From: Pseudohongiellaceae bacterium
Lineage (GTDB): Bacteria; Pseudomonadota; Gammaproteobacteria; Pseudomonadales; Pseudohongiellaceae
Direction of reading: 5' to 3'
DNA length: 64,000 nt
NCBI GenBank assembly: GCA_965661005.1
Contig: CBFICB010000004.1
Coordinates: 62,879 to 126,878 of the forward strand
Shown one piece after another: positions 30,235-39,308 of the stretch. Both the position numbers and the translations under genes were made by a program. Below the pieces are notes generated by a model. It made no database searches. It was not told the origin of the DNA and saw only the letters and a program-made list of their open reading frames with translations. Numbering within the stretch: the stretch's first letter is position 1; every line of letters starts with the position of its first letter.

Positions 30235-30399
30235 AATCTCCCCTGTGGGTTTTAGAATTTTATGGTTTCTGGAATTTAACGAGCGCTACACCGCTTTGAA
30301 GAGGTCTGATTGTATGGTTTATTAAAAAATAAATGCAAGCCTTTCCGAGAAATCTTCTTAAGGAGCTGTCATAAAGGCGTAAAAAGATGAGCTAAAAGA

Positions 30400-31485
30400 C
30401 TATAAAGGTTCTGATAGTTCGACTTCAAACGACATTTCATCCTGATTGCGGCGTTTAGTCAGGACTTCAACCAGATCGCCTGGTTGAAATTGCTCGAGTG
30501 CATTTAGGAGGTCGTCATTATTTCTGATAGTCATGCCTTCAATTCCGACTATTACATCGCCCAGGATAATATTGCCACTTTGGTCCTGATTCAGGCCGAT
30601 GAGCCCTGCTTCTGCAGAACCTAGCCCATTAGTTACTTCTGCGACGATAACGCCTTCGATATTATTTCTGGCGCTCACTGCATCGTTCAGGTTTGATATT
30701 CCCAAGATAGGTCTAATTTCTCGACCAAATTCCATTAATTGTGGAATAACCCGTCTGACAGTGTTGACTGGTATCGCAAAGCCAATACCGGCATTGGCGC
30801 CAGATGGGCTGACAATTTGGGTATTGACGCCAACAAGTTGACCAAGTGAATTCAGCAGGGGGCCTCCTGAATTACCTGGGTTGATGGAGGCATCGGTTTG
30901 GATAACATCCCTGATAGTACGATTGGTCAGAGAGGTCATTTCTCTTCCCAGGGCGCTAACTACACCCACGGTAAGAGTGGTATCGAGTCCAAAGGGGTTG
31001 CCTATTGCTATAACCTTGCGACCCACCTGCAGGTCGGCTGAATCGCCCACTGGAAGAGGGCTTAGTATATCTGCAGGGGCATCAATCTTGAGTAAGGCAA
31101 GGTCCTTGTCGGGCGCTACACCAATAATTTCTGCTGCCCAGCTGCTTTGATCCTGAAGCCTGATCATTATTCTATTAGCTCCCTGAACAACATGATAGTT
31201 AGTTACTATCAGTCCTTCTTTGCTCCAAACAAAGCCCGTTCCAGCACCTTGAGGAATTTCTTGGACATTTCTCGTGAAAGGGCTTCTCCTTACCAAAGCC
31301 GTATTGGTAACGTAAACTACCGACGGGCTGGCTTGACTAAAAATCTCTATGTTATTCGCTTCATCCTCGGTCTGAAAACTCAGGTAATCCGGTGCAGCTT
31401 GCGTGATTAGCTGTGTTAAAGCGGCGCTAGCAAGTACTGCGCTTACCAGCAGGAAGTTAATAGTCTTTTTCATAGTAATTTTCAT
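30400..31485 (-). CDS. periplasmic trypsin-like serine protease with one PDZ domain (S1C, DegP/DegS-like)
   Basis: Signal peptide, catalytic triad context TNYHVV / DKDLALLK / GNSGGPL, and a C-terminal PDZ domain. Confidence 0.88.
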   Translation of the reverse strand: MKITMKKTINFLLVSAVLASAALTQLITQAAPDYLSFQTEDEANNIEIFSQASPSVVYVTNTALVRRSPFTRNVQEIPQGAGTGFVWSKEGLIVTNYHVVQGANRIMIRLQDQSSWAAEIIGVAPDKDLALLKIDAPADILSPLPVGDSADLQVGRKVIAIGNPFGLDTTLTVGVVSALGREMTSLTNRTIRDVIQTDASINPGNSGGPLLNSLGQLVGVNTQIVSPSGANAGIGFAIPVNTVRRVIPQLMEFGREIRPILGISNLNDAVSARNNIEGVIVAEVTNGLGSAEAGLIGLNQDQSGNIILGDVIVGIEGMTIRNNDDLLNALEQFQPGDLVEVLTKRRNQDEMSFEVELSEPL

Positions 31486-31722
31486 GGTTATGTACTAGGT
31501 TTATCAATTCAGATGTTTTAAAAGTTTCGAGTTTGCATTTAGGTAAGTTTTATATTCAAAAGTTCCAGCCTGTCTGTTGACAAGCGATGAATTTTATAAA
31601 TTTTCAATTTTGGTTCACATTTACTTTATGTCGAGGTTAGCTAATCGTTTTTCAAGTGTGACTGATTATTAAAGATGAAAAGGTACATAAGTGAAAGATG
31701 GGGAAGTTTTAAAGGTGAGTAG

Positions 31723-33354
31723 TTGTTAGAAGTTACAGGAAATATCATCAGCCATCTTAGTGATGCGTGTAAACAGCATGCTGACAATACAGCCTATACA
31801 CTACTCGGTAGGAATTTAAGTTATCGCGAATTGGATGAATTAAGCGACGATCTGGCTGCTTATCTAATTAAACATACACAACTAGAAACTGGCGATAGAA
31901 TAGCTATACAGCTACCCAATATTCTTCAGTTTCCAATCGCTGCTCTTGCCGTATTTAAAGCAAATATGGTCGTGGTAAGTACCAATCCCGAATATTCAGA
32001 AGACGAACTCAAGCATCAATTAAATGATTCCGGTGCAAAAGCATTAATTGTTTTTTCTGGTTGTGCCAATACCTATCTTAATATTCAGGAGCAAACCAAG
32101 ATTGAAGAAGTCATCATTACCAATATTGCCGATTTGCATCATCCTTTAAAAAGCTCGGTGATTCACACATTGGCACGTGTCGTTGGTGGCTATCGATCTT
32201 GTTTGGAATACCCAAAATTACAGAAATTTAGAAAGGCTTTACGTCTTGGCAGGCAAAAAAAAGAGAGTTGTGATTTAAAACAGGCACATGACAACCATAG
32301 CGACCAAGTGGCCATACTGCAATATACCGGAGGCACAACAGGTATATCCAAAGGCACTATGCTATCTCACCGAAATCTGTTATCAAACTTTTTACAATTG
32401 AAAGCTCAGTTAGGAGATGATTGTCCGGCAACTAAATCAATAGTGGTAGCGCCTTTGCCTCTCTATCATGTATATGCTTTCACCGTGAATATGCTTTTTA
32501 GTCTTATGATGGGTTATCACAATATTTTGATAGCCAATCCAAGATTTATTTCTCTATTCATTAGAGACATTAAGCCTTACAAAATAAATATTTTCTGCGG
32601 AATAAACCCTTTATTTAAAAAACTGTGTGAACATTCGGAGTTTAAGAAACTGGACTTTTCTGAGCTGTTAATTTGTACAACCGGCGGAATGGCTTTGGGT
32701 AAAGATATTGCTGAAGAATGGTATAAAGTGACCGGCTGCAGAATTCTGGAGGGCTATGGTATGACAGAAACATCGCCGCTAGTGGCTTGTAATACTTATG
32801 ATGATTATCAAACCGATAGCATTGGTAAAGCACTTCCCCTTACTCAATTAAAAGTCATTGATCAAGATGGCGTAAGACTCTCTCAGGGAGAAGAGGGTGA
32901 ACTTTGTATTCGTGGTCCACAGGTAATGCAAGGTTATTGGCAGCAACCTGAAGAAACAGCCAAGGTTCTGAACAAGGAAGGTTGGTTAAGAACAGGTGAT
33001 ATCGCTAGCATCGACGCCTTTGGAAATTTAAAAATTATCGACCGTTTAAAAGATATGATCATAGTTTCCGGATTTAATGTTTATCCTGTGGAAATTGAAA
33101 ATGTTGTTAGTACTTATTCGGGGGTAAAGGATGCTGTTGTGATAGGTGTTAAAGATTCTGAGGGCGTTGAACAAGTAAAACTCATAGTTGTTCCTGCTAA
33201 TTCAGCGCTGGATAAAACTGCACTTTTAAATTATTGCAAAAGAAAGTTGGCAGCCTATAAGGTTCCCAAAATCATAGAATTCAGAACTTCATTGCCAAAA
33301 TCAAATGTGGGCAAAGTGTTAAAAAGAGAACTGCAGAATGATTTAACACGATAA
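31723..33354 (+). CDS. fadD: long-chain-fatty-acid--CoA ligase (AMP-dependent synthetase)
   Basis: TTG start preceded by AAGGTGA and an in-frame TAG. Motifs YTGGTTGISKG, GYGMTE, TGD and a C-terminal KVPK...GK. Confidence 0.85.
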   Translation: MLEVTGNIISHLSDACKQHADNTAYTLLGRNLSYRELDELSDDLAAYLIKHTQLETGDRIAIQLPNILQFPIAALAVFKANMVVVSTNPEYSEDELKHQLNDSGAKALIVFSGCANTYLNIQEQTKIEEVIITNIADLHHPLKSSVIHTLARVVGGYRSCLEYPKLQKFRKALRLGRQKKESCDLKQAHDNHSDQVAILQYTGGTTGISKGTMLSHRNLLSNFLQLKAQLGDDCPATKSIVVAPLPLYHVYAFTVNMLFSLMMGYHNILIANPRFISLFIRDIKPYKINIFCGINPLFKKLCEHSEFKKLDFSELLICTTGGMALGKDIAEEWYKVTGCRILEGYGMTETSPLVACNTYDDYQTDSIGKALPLTQLKVIDQDGVRLSQGEEGELCIRGPQVMQGYWQQPEETAKVLNKEGWLRTGDIASIDAFGNLKIIDRLKDMIIVSGFNVYPVEIENVVSTYSGVKDAVVIGVKDSEGVEQVKLIVVPANSALDKTALLNYCKRKLAAYKVPKIIEFRTSLPKSNVGKVLKRELQNDLTR

Positions 33355-33386
33355 GCTTGCACACTGGATAACGAAATAATCAAGAA

Positions 33387-35111
33387 ATGAAAATAAAAGC
33401 TCGAGAAGTTTCAGCGTCTGCTGAATTGTCACAAGGTTTGCATCCTGTATTGCAACAAATAATGCTAAGCAGGGGTGCCACAGATGAAAAAGATTATGCC
33501 CTTTCCATTAGCGACCTGTTAAAACCGGATCTCTTACTAAATATTGATAATGTAGTGACTTTGCTGCTCGATTCTGTTGGGCAGAGAAGCAAAATTCTTA
33601 TTGTTGGTGATTTTGATGCTGATGGCGCGACCAGCACTGTTTTATTAAAGCTTTGTTTGGAAAAATTTGGTTTTACGCACGTTGACTATCTGGTTCCCAA
33701 TCGATTTGAGTTTGGTTATGGGTTAACGCCTGAGATAGTTGAAGTAGCAAAGGAAAGGCAGCCAGCACTCATAATAACAGTTGATAATGGCATTGCCAGC
33801 TTCGAAGGTGTAAAGAAAGCTCATGAATTTAATATAAAAGTGCTGGTCACCGATCATCACCTGCCTGCTGCTGCCTTGCCAGAAGCAGACTGCATTTTAA
33901 ACCCTAATCAGCATGACTGCTCCTTTCCATCCAAAAACCTGGCAGGAGTGGGTGTTGTTTTTTATTTAATGCTGGCACTGCGCACAGCCTTGCGTGACCG
34001 GAATTGGTTTGCAGAAAATAAAGTGTCAGAACCGAATATGCTGCAGTTTCTAGATTTGGTCGCACTTGGGACCGTTGCGGATGTCGTTCCTCTGGATAGA
34101 AATAATCGTTGTTTGGTCAAACATGGCGTCAATCTGATTCGTGCTGGACGTTGCCGTCCTGGTATTAGTGCAATTCTGGATATTGCGAGTAAAAACAGAG
34201 CAAGCATTAATGCTGGCGATTTAGGTTTTGTACTAGGACCACGTCTGAATGCGGCAGGCCGACTGGATGATATGAGTGTTGGTATTGAATGCCTTTTAAC
34301 TGAAAATCCTCACAAGGCTTATCAGTTGGCTCAGCAACTTGATGATCTCAATAAAGATCGAAGAAGTATTGAGCAGTCTATGCAAACTGATGCAATGAAG
34401 TTGCTTTCTGAAATAAACATTCAAACTAATGAGGATCTGGGAATTTGTTTATTTAGTGAAGGCTGGCACCAGGGCGTGGTCGGAATTCTGGCGTCACGTC
34501 TCAAAGACAAATTCCACTTACCAGCTATTGTTTTTGCTGCTTCTACAGATAACCCCGATGAAATAAAAGGCTCGGCTCGTTCAATACCAGGTTTACATAT
34601 ACGAGACTTACTGGACCTCGTAGCAACCAATAACCCAGGCCTGCTCACAAAGTTTGGAGGTCATGCGATGGCAGCTGGTCTAAGTCTGCATCTAAAAGAC
34701 TTCCAAGCTTTTAAAAAAGCACTGGCGGCCGAATTAACAGGGTTGCTTGATGCTGCAATGCTTGAGCAGGTGATTTATACCGATGGCTGCTTGGATGAGG
34801 AGTGTTTAAATCTCAGTTTCGCTGAGTTATTACAGGATGCAGGGCCTTGGGGACAGCAATATCCAGAGCCTTTATTTACAGGTGGTTTTGAGGTTGTTGA
34901 AGCCAGAGTTTTAGCTGAGAAACATTTAAAGTGTATTTTGAAACTCTCAGACTCGGAACATATGATTGATGCGATTGCGTTTAATGTCGATGTCGAAATC
35001 CTGAAACAAGCATTAAGTGTTGTCGAAATTGTATATCATCTTCAGGTGAATGAATTCAGAGGGAAAAGGTCGGCACAACTGTTGATAGTTCATTTTGTTA
35101 GTGCCGATTAG
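33387..35111 (+). CDS. recJ: single-stranded-DNA-specific exonuclease RecJ
   Basis: DHH motifs (VGDFDADGATS, VDNG, TDHH) and DHHA1 GGHAMAAG. 574 aa. Confidence 0.95.
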   Translation: MKIKAREVSASAELSQGLHPVLQQIMLSRGATDEKDYALSISDLLKPDLLLNIDNVVTLLLDSVGQRSKILIVGDFDADGATSTVLLKLCLEKFGFTHVDYLVPNRFEFGYGLTPEIVEVAKERQPALIITVDNGIASFEGVKKAHEFNIKVLVTDHHLPAAALPEADCILNPNQHDCSFPSKNLAGVGVVFYLMLALRTALRDRNWFAENKVSEPNMLQFLDLVALGTVADVVPLDRNNRCLVKHGVNLIRAGRCRPGISAILDIASKNRASINAGDLGFVLGPRLNAAGRLDDMSVGIECLLTENPHKAYQLAQQLDDLNKDRRSIEQSMQTDAMKLLSEINIQTNEDLGICLFSEGWHQGVVGILASRLKDKFHLPAIVFAASTDNPDEIKGSARSIPGLHIRDLLDLVATNNPGLLTKFGGHAMAAGLSLHLKDFQAFKKALAAELTGLLDAAMLEQVIYTDGCLDEECLNLSFAELLQDAGPWGQQYPEPLFTGGFEVVEARVLAEKHLKCILKLSDSEHMIDAIAFNVDVEILKQALSVVEIVYHLQVNEFRGKRSAQLLIVHFVSAD

Positions 35112-35114
35112 TAT

Positions 35115-35145
35115 AAAAAAGCCCCGTTAAATAACGGGGCTTTTT
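35115..35145. terminator. rho-independent terminator after recJ (A/T-flanked, possibly bidirectional)
   Basis: AAAAAA, then a GCCCCGTT-AAAT-AACGGGGC hairpin, then TTTTT. Confidence 0.85.
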
Positions 35146-35239
35146 GGTCATACTTTAAAGTGTTATCAGCACTGTTAAGGCTGATAATGCTATTAAAATG
35201 GAAGCCCAAAATATGAGCAGTCCCATTAAAAACGGATAT

Positions 35240-35575
35240 TTAACCGCCTAAACTCTCAATATATGCGGATACATCTTTAATTGCCTGATCAGTCGTCAAG
35301 GTTTGAGCCATTGGAGCCATTTGCTGACCATAGACGTCGCGGGGGTCTGAGCCGCGAGCACCAGATTTAAAGTTTTGTAATTGGCGCTCGGTATACCAGG
35401 CTTGCTGTCCGGCGATTCTTGGGCCATTCAAGGCTTGTAGGCCTTCTCCATTTGGACCATGACATGCGCTGCATACGCCATAGAGAACTCTGCCAGCTTC
35501 TAGATCTTGAGCCAGTAGGTTGCTAGAAAAAAATGATAGAAAAATACCTGATGCTAATATCAGTTTGAACTTCAT
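35240..35575 (-). CDS. monohaem class I cytochrome c (periplasmic)
   Basis: Signal peptide, CSACHG haem-binding motif and a distal Met region (QQMAPMAQ). 111 aa. Confidence 0.88.
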   Translation of the reverse strand: MKFKLILASGIFLSFFSSNLLAQDLEAGRVLYGVCSACHGPNGEGLQALNGPRIAGQQAWYTERQLQNFKSGARGSDPRDVYGQQMAPMAQTLTTDQAIKDVSAYIESLGG

Positions 35576-35798
35576 TATAAAACTCCCGATAAATGTTTAG
35601 TATGTAATATATACGGAACGACGCTGTAAGTGGATTTAAGCTGCAAGACTCCAAAAAAAGCGGACATATTATAGCAAATTTTATACTGTCAAAGTTAGTC
35701 TTAACTGCGTAATATGTGCATTTTTTTGATTCGCTTAGATCGCTCAGCGTGAGTAGGTAAATCAAGCATTTTTAACCAAGCAATAACTGGAAAAAAGT

Positions 35799-36368
35799 AT
35801 GACAATTAAATCTGACAAATGGATTCGCACCATGGCGGAAAATGAGGGCATGATTCAGCCGTTTGAGGCTGGTCAGGTTCGAGAAATAGGGGGTAATAAA
35901 GTTATTTCCTATGGCACTTCCAGTTATGGCTACGATGTGCGCTGTGCTAGTGAGTTTAAAATTTTTACTAATGTTCACACCACTAGCGTTGTTGACCCCA
36001 AAAATTTTGATGAAACCAGTTTTGTCAGTATCGATGAGGACTATTGTATTATCCCTCCAAACTCATTCGCCCTTGCCAGAACGGTTGAATATTTTAAGAT
36101 TCCTTCAAATGTACTAACAGTATGTTTGGGCAAGTCTACCTATGCCCGCTGCGGGATAATCGTCAATGTAACCCCTCTTGAGCCTGAATGGGAAGGGCAC
36201 GTAACTCTGGAGTTTTCTAATACAACCCCCTTGCCTGCAAAAATTTATGCGAATGAAGGTGTGGCTCAGATGTTATTCTATGAGTCTGATGAGCAGTGTG
36301 AAGTGACTTATAAAGATCGTCAGGGTAAATATATGGGGCAGACAGGAGTGACTCCTCCCCGCTCTTGA
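35799..36368 (+). CDS. dcd: dCTP deaminase
   Basis: 189 aa. [10 protein letters not shown]-terminus, SSYGYDVRC and GHVTLEFSN motifs. Confidence 0.93.
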   Translation: MTIKSDKWIRTMAENEGMIQPFEAGQVREIGGNKVISYGTSSYGYDVRCASEFKIFTNVHTTSVVDPKNFDETSFVSIDEDYCIIPPNSFALARTVEYFKIPSNVLTVCLGKSTYARCGIIVNVTPLEPEWEGHVTLEFSNTTPLPAKIYANEGVAQMLFYESDEQCEVTYKDRQGKYMGQTGVTPPRS

Positions 36369-36563
36369 TAAATATAGCTTTTGTGCTTGCAAATTCTTCG
36401 TCGAAAGCAGGATTTAATTCAGTCACTTACAGCTTGGTGAGCGTCTTCTTTAAAACCTTCTTAGGCCTCGTTTTTTTGTCCTCATCACGCTATTCAAAAA
36501 TTATGAAAATCCTTTTTTGTTTCATCAAGTTACATCTTTTCTGTAAGGTATAATGCACCAGTT

Positions 36564-37196
36564 ATGCTGAAAGTTAATAAACTATATTGTGAACGTGATG
36601 AACGGGTGCTTTTTCAGGATCTTGATTTTAGCGTTACTGAAGGAGAGGTCTGGCAGATACAGGGCTCCAATGGAAGTGGCAAAACGACTTTGTTAAGGAT
36701 TTTATGTGGATTAAATGATGAGTTTTCAGGCGAAATCCACTGGCGCGGCAAGCAGCAAAGACAAGCTCGTCAGGAATTCAATCTTGAGGTTTTTTTTCTT
36801 GGACATGCACCCGCTATTAATAAAACCCTTAGCCCCAGAGAAAACCTTAGCTGGTTTTGCGCATCGCGAGGTCTAGAGAATACAGATCAAATTAAAACGG
36901 TTCTGCATAGTTTTAATCTCTATGGTTATGAAGACATGCCTTGTTACTTGATGTCTGCAGGCCAGCAACGCAGAGTGAGTTTGGCCAGGATGCTGCTGAG
37001 CCAGGCCAAGCTATGGATAATTGATGAACCCTTTACTGCCCTGGATAAACAAGGGGTGCAGGAGTTAGAGACCTTGCTAAGTGCACACGCTCAAGCTGGA
37101 GGTTCCATCATTCTGACAACGCACCATAGTTTACAAATGGATTATCCAATACGGGTTATTGACCTGGATGCTATGGCAGGATCAGTAGGCGTATGA
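36564..37196 (+). CDS. ccmA: cytochrome c biogenesis haem exporter ATP-binding protein CcmA
   Basis: Walker A GSNGSGKTT, signature MSAGQQRR, Walker B LWIIDEP. First gene of the ccm operon. Confidence 0.92.
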   Translation: MLKVNKLYCERDERVLFQDLDFSVTEGEVWQIQGSNGSGKTTLLRILCGLNDEFSGEIHWRGKQQRQARQEFNLEVFFLGHAPAINKTLSPRENLSWFCASRGLENTDQIKTVLHSFNLYGYEDMPCYLMSAGQQRRVSLARMLLSQAKLWIIDEPFTALDKQGVQELETLLSAHAQAGGSIILTTHHSLQMDYPIRVIDLDAMAGSVGV

Positions 37197-37858
37197 ATAT
37201 CATTAAAGCCACCTTAAGGCGGGAATTACTAATTGCCTTTCGCAGTCCGGGTGACATCATTAATCCATTAATGTTCTTTGTTATTGCAGTCAGTTTATTC
37301 CCTCTGGGAGTGGGCGCTGATCAAGCATTTTTAATGGAAATAGCCAGCGGAGTAATCTGGGTCACTGCCTTATTGGCGGTAATGCTTTCAATGGATAGCC
37401 TGTTTCGTTCAGATTATGAAGACGGCTCGCTGGAGCAGTTGTTATTAAGCCCCCAGCCCTTATATTTCATTATATTGGCCAAGGTATTCAGTCATTGGCT
37501 GGTTTCAGGCTTGCCACTGGTTATATTGGCCCCATTGTTTGCGAGCATGCTGGCCCTATCTGAAGAGGGCTTGTTTCCATTGATAGCCAGTTTGTTGATT
37601 GGAACCCCAATTTTAACCTTGCTTGGAGCTGTAGGTATGGCATTAACGGTAGGCCTTTCAAGGAGTGGTTTGTTGTTGGCTGTGCTAATATTGCCGCTTT
37701 ATGTGCCTGTGCTGGTTTTTGGCACTGGCGTAGTTGATTCAGCTTTAAATAGTTTAGGTACGGCTGGTTTATTAGCCTTATTAGGGGCGATGCTGGTATT
37801 GGCTATCAGTCTGGCTCCACTGGCGATAATCGCGGCATTAAGAATCAGCGTAAGTTAG
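37193..37858 (+). CDS. ccmB: haem exporter membrane protein CcmB
   Basis: 221 aa polytopic protein. FRSDYEDGSLEQL motif. Overlaps the ccmA stop by 4 nt. Confidence 0.92.
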   Translation: MNIIKATLRRELLIAFRSPGDIINPLMFFVIAVSLFPLGVGADQAFLMEIASGVIWVTALLAVMLSMDSLFRSDYEDGSLEQLLLSPQPLYFIILAKVFSHWLVSGLPLVILAPLFASMLALSEEGLFPLIASLLIGTPILTLLGAVGMALTVGLSRSGLLLAVLILPLYVPVLVFGTGVVDSALNSLGTAGLLALLGAMLVLAISLAPLAIIAALRISVS

Positions 37859-37889
37859 TGTATGAACAGGTAATCAATAGGTTTTGTTA

Positions 37890-38654
37890 ATGTGGCAATG
37901 GCTTTATAAATTAAGTTCTCCTAAGTGGTTTTATACAATTAGTGGACAAGTAATGCCTTGGTTGGTAGCTCTCACTACCTTCTTGCTTGGAGTAGGCTTG
38001 GTCTGGGGTTTGGCCTTTACACCTCCAGACTATCAGATGGGTGAGAATTACAGAATTGCTTATATCCATGTTCCAGCAGCATCCATCGCCATGGGTTGCT
38101 ATTACATGATGGCACTCATGGCAGCAGCTTTTTTAATATGGCGTATTAAAATGGCGGACATGGTAGCCAAAGCCTGTGCTCCGGTGGGTATGACATTTAC
38201 TGCTTTGGCTTTATTTACCGGCTCAGTCTGGGGTATTCCAACCTGGGGCACCTGGTGGATTTGGGATGCCAGATTGACCTCGACCTTAATTATGCTGTTT
38301 TTGTTTATTGGCGTGATGGCTTTGCGATCTGCCTATGATTCAGAAAGCTCAGGGGGTAAGGCTTGCGCAGTATTGAGTTTAGTCGGTGTTGTGAATGTGC
38401 CCATCATTAAATATTCAGTTGAATGGTGGAATACCCTGCATCAGGGAGCCAGTTCTTTGTCCTTAAGTAATACCGCAGCAAATCCTCCTGAGATCTGGTT
38501 GCCGGCTATTTTCGTAGGTTTTGGTTTATTCGGCTTTTACTTAATAGCGATTATTTTACGAACACGTAATGAAATTTTGATCCGTGAACGCAGAGCTGAA
38601 TGGGTTGGTGAAGTTCTCAGTGCTAGCCTTAGTATTGAAAAGGGCAAAGCCTGA
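37890..38654 (+). CDS. ccmC: haem lyase/exporter subunit CcmC
   Basis: WGTWWIWDARLT tryptophan-rich WWD motif. The ATG at 37890 aligns with the E. coli CcmC N-terminus; the track ORF begins two codons earlier at a TTG. Confidence 0.92.
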   Translation: MWQWLYKLSSPKWFYTISGQVMPWLVALTTFLLGVGLVWGLAFTPPDYQMGENYRIAYIHVPAASIAMGCYYMMALMAAAFLIWRIKMADMVAKACAPVGMTFTALALFTGSVWGIPTWGTWWIWDARLTSTLIMLFLFIGVMALRSAYDSESSGGKACAVLSLVGVVNVPIIKYSVEWWNTLHQGASSLSLSNTAANPPEIWLPAIFVGFGLFGFYLIAIILRTRNEILIRERRAEWVGEVLSASLSIEKGKA

Positions 38655-38881
38655 TGGGAAGCTTTGATAGTTTTAGTGACTTTATAGCGATGGGTGGTTA
38701 TGCATCTTATGTTTGGTCGGCATATGCATTTTTCGTATTGGTGCTAGTTTTTAATGTTTTACAGCCTGTCCTATCCAGAAAAAAGTACCTTAAGCAGCAA
38801 TTAAGGCGTGAGCAGGTACAGCAAGAAAGAGCGCAAGCGCAACAAAAACGTAAGGAGAATACAGATGGCAGCGCCACGTAA
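38654..38881 (+). CDS. ccmD: haem exporter protein CcmD
   Basis: 75 aa. FIAMGGYASYVWSAY motif, one TM helix and a basic, Gln-rich tail, like E. coli CcmD. Confidence 0.85.
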   Translation: MGSFDSFSDFIAMGGYASYVWSAYAFFVLVLVFNVLQPVLSRKKYLKQQLRREQVQQERAQAQQKRKENTDGSAT

Positions 38882-39308
38882 ACAACGTATGGCAATTGTC
38901 GGTTTTATCGTAGCAGGCTCGGCTATTGCTATAGGTTTAGTGTTATTTGCCCTTAATGAAGGCATCAATGTTTTTTATACCCCGACTGAGGTAGCTCAGG
39001 GTGCAGTCCCAAGTGGTCAGAATTTTCGCATTGGCGGTATGGTAAAAACCGGTAGTCTACGAACTGGAGAACTTGAAGGTACTCTGGTTGAGTTTTTAGC
39101 GACTGATTGTGCTCAGGATATTCCGGTTACCTTTACTGGCGTGTTGCCGGATTTATTTAGAGAAGGTCAGGGGGTTGTTGCCGATGGTTATATTGATAGT
39201 AACGGTGTATTTCAGGCGTCTCAAATTCTGGCCAAACATGATGAGAACTATATGTCTGCGGAATCGGTAGCAGCCATGGAAGCATCAGGAGCGACATGTG
39301 ATCCCTGA
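38865..39308 (+). CDS. ccmE: cytochrome c-type biogenesis haem chaperone CcmE
   Basis: The ATG at 38865 is preceded by AAGGAGA. Membrane anchor, OB fold and the LAKHDENY haem-binding His motif. The longer track ORF (38808) overlaps ccmD and is unlikely. Confidence 0.9.
   Translation: MAAPRKQRMAIVGFIVAGSAIAIGLVLFALNEGINVFYTPTEVAQGAVPSGQNFRIGGMVKTGSLRTGELEGTLVEFLATDCAQDIPVTFTGVLPDLFREGQGVVADGYIDSNGVFQASQILAKHDENYMSAESVAAMEASGATCDP

Noticed and set aside
35523-35978. Minus-strand ORFs 35523..35765 and 35772..35978 in and around the cytochrome c/dcd divergent region.
   Set aside because: One overlaps the cytochrome c signal-peptide region out of frame and the other is antisense to the dcd N-terminus. 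Neither has an SD, and their composition is odd.
36365-36553. 62-aa plus-strand ORF (and antisense ORF 36217..36426) in the dcd-ccmA spacer. A TATAAT at 36549-36554 lies only 10 nt before the ccmA ATG.
   Set aside because: The ORF is Phe/Leu/Ser-rich translation of a T-rich spacer without an SD. The TATAAT would imply a near-leaderless ccmA mRNA, which is possible, but I cannot support it from sequence alone.
38654-38881. Long basic, Gln-rich C-terminal tail of CcmD, its 17-nt overlap with ccmE, and the longer ccmE track ORF starting at 38808.
   Set aside because: E. coli CcmD has a similar charged tail and length, and overlap with ccmE is normal operon coupling. The 38808 start lacks an SD, whereas 38865 has AAGGAGA.
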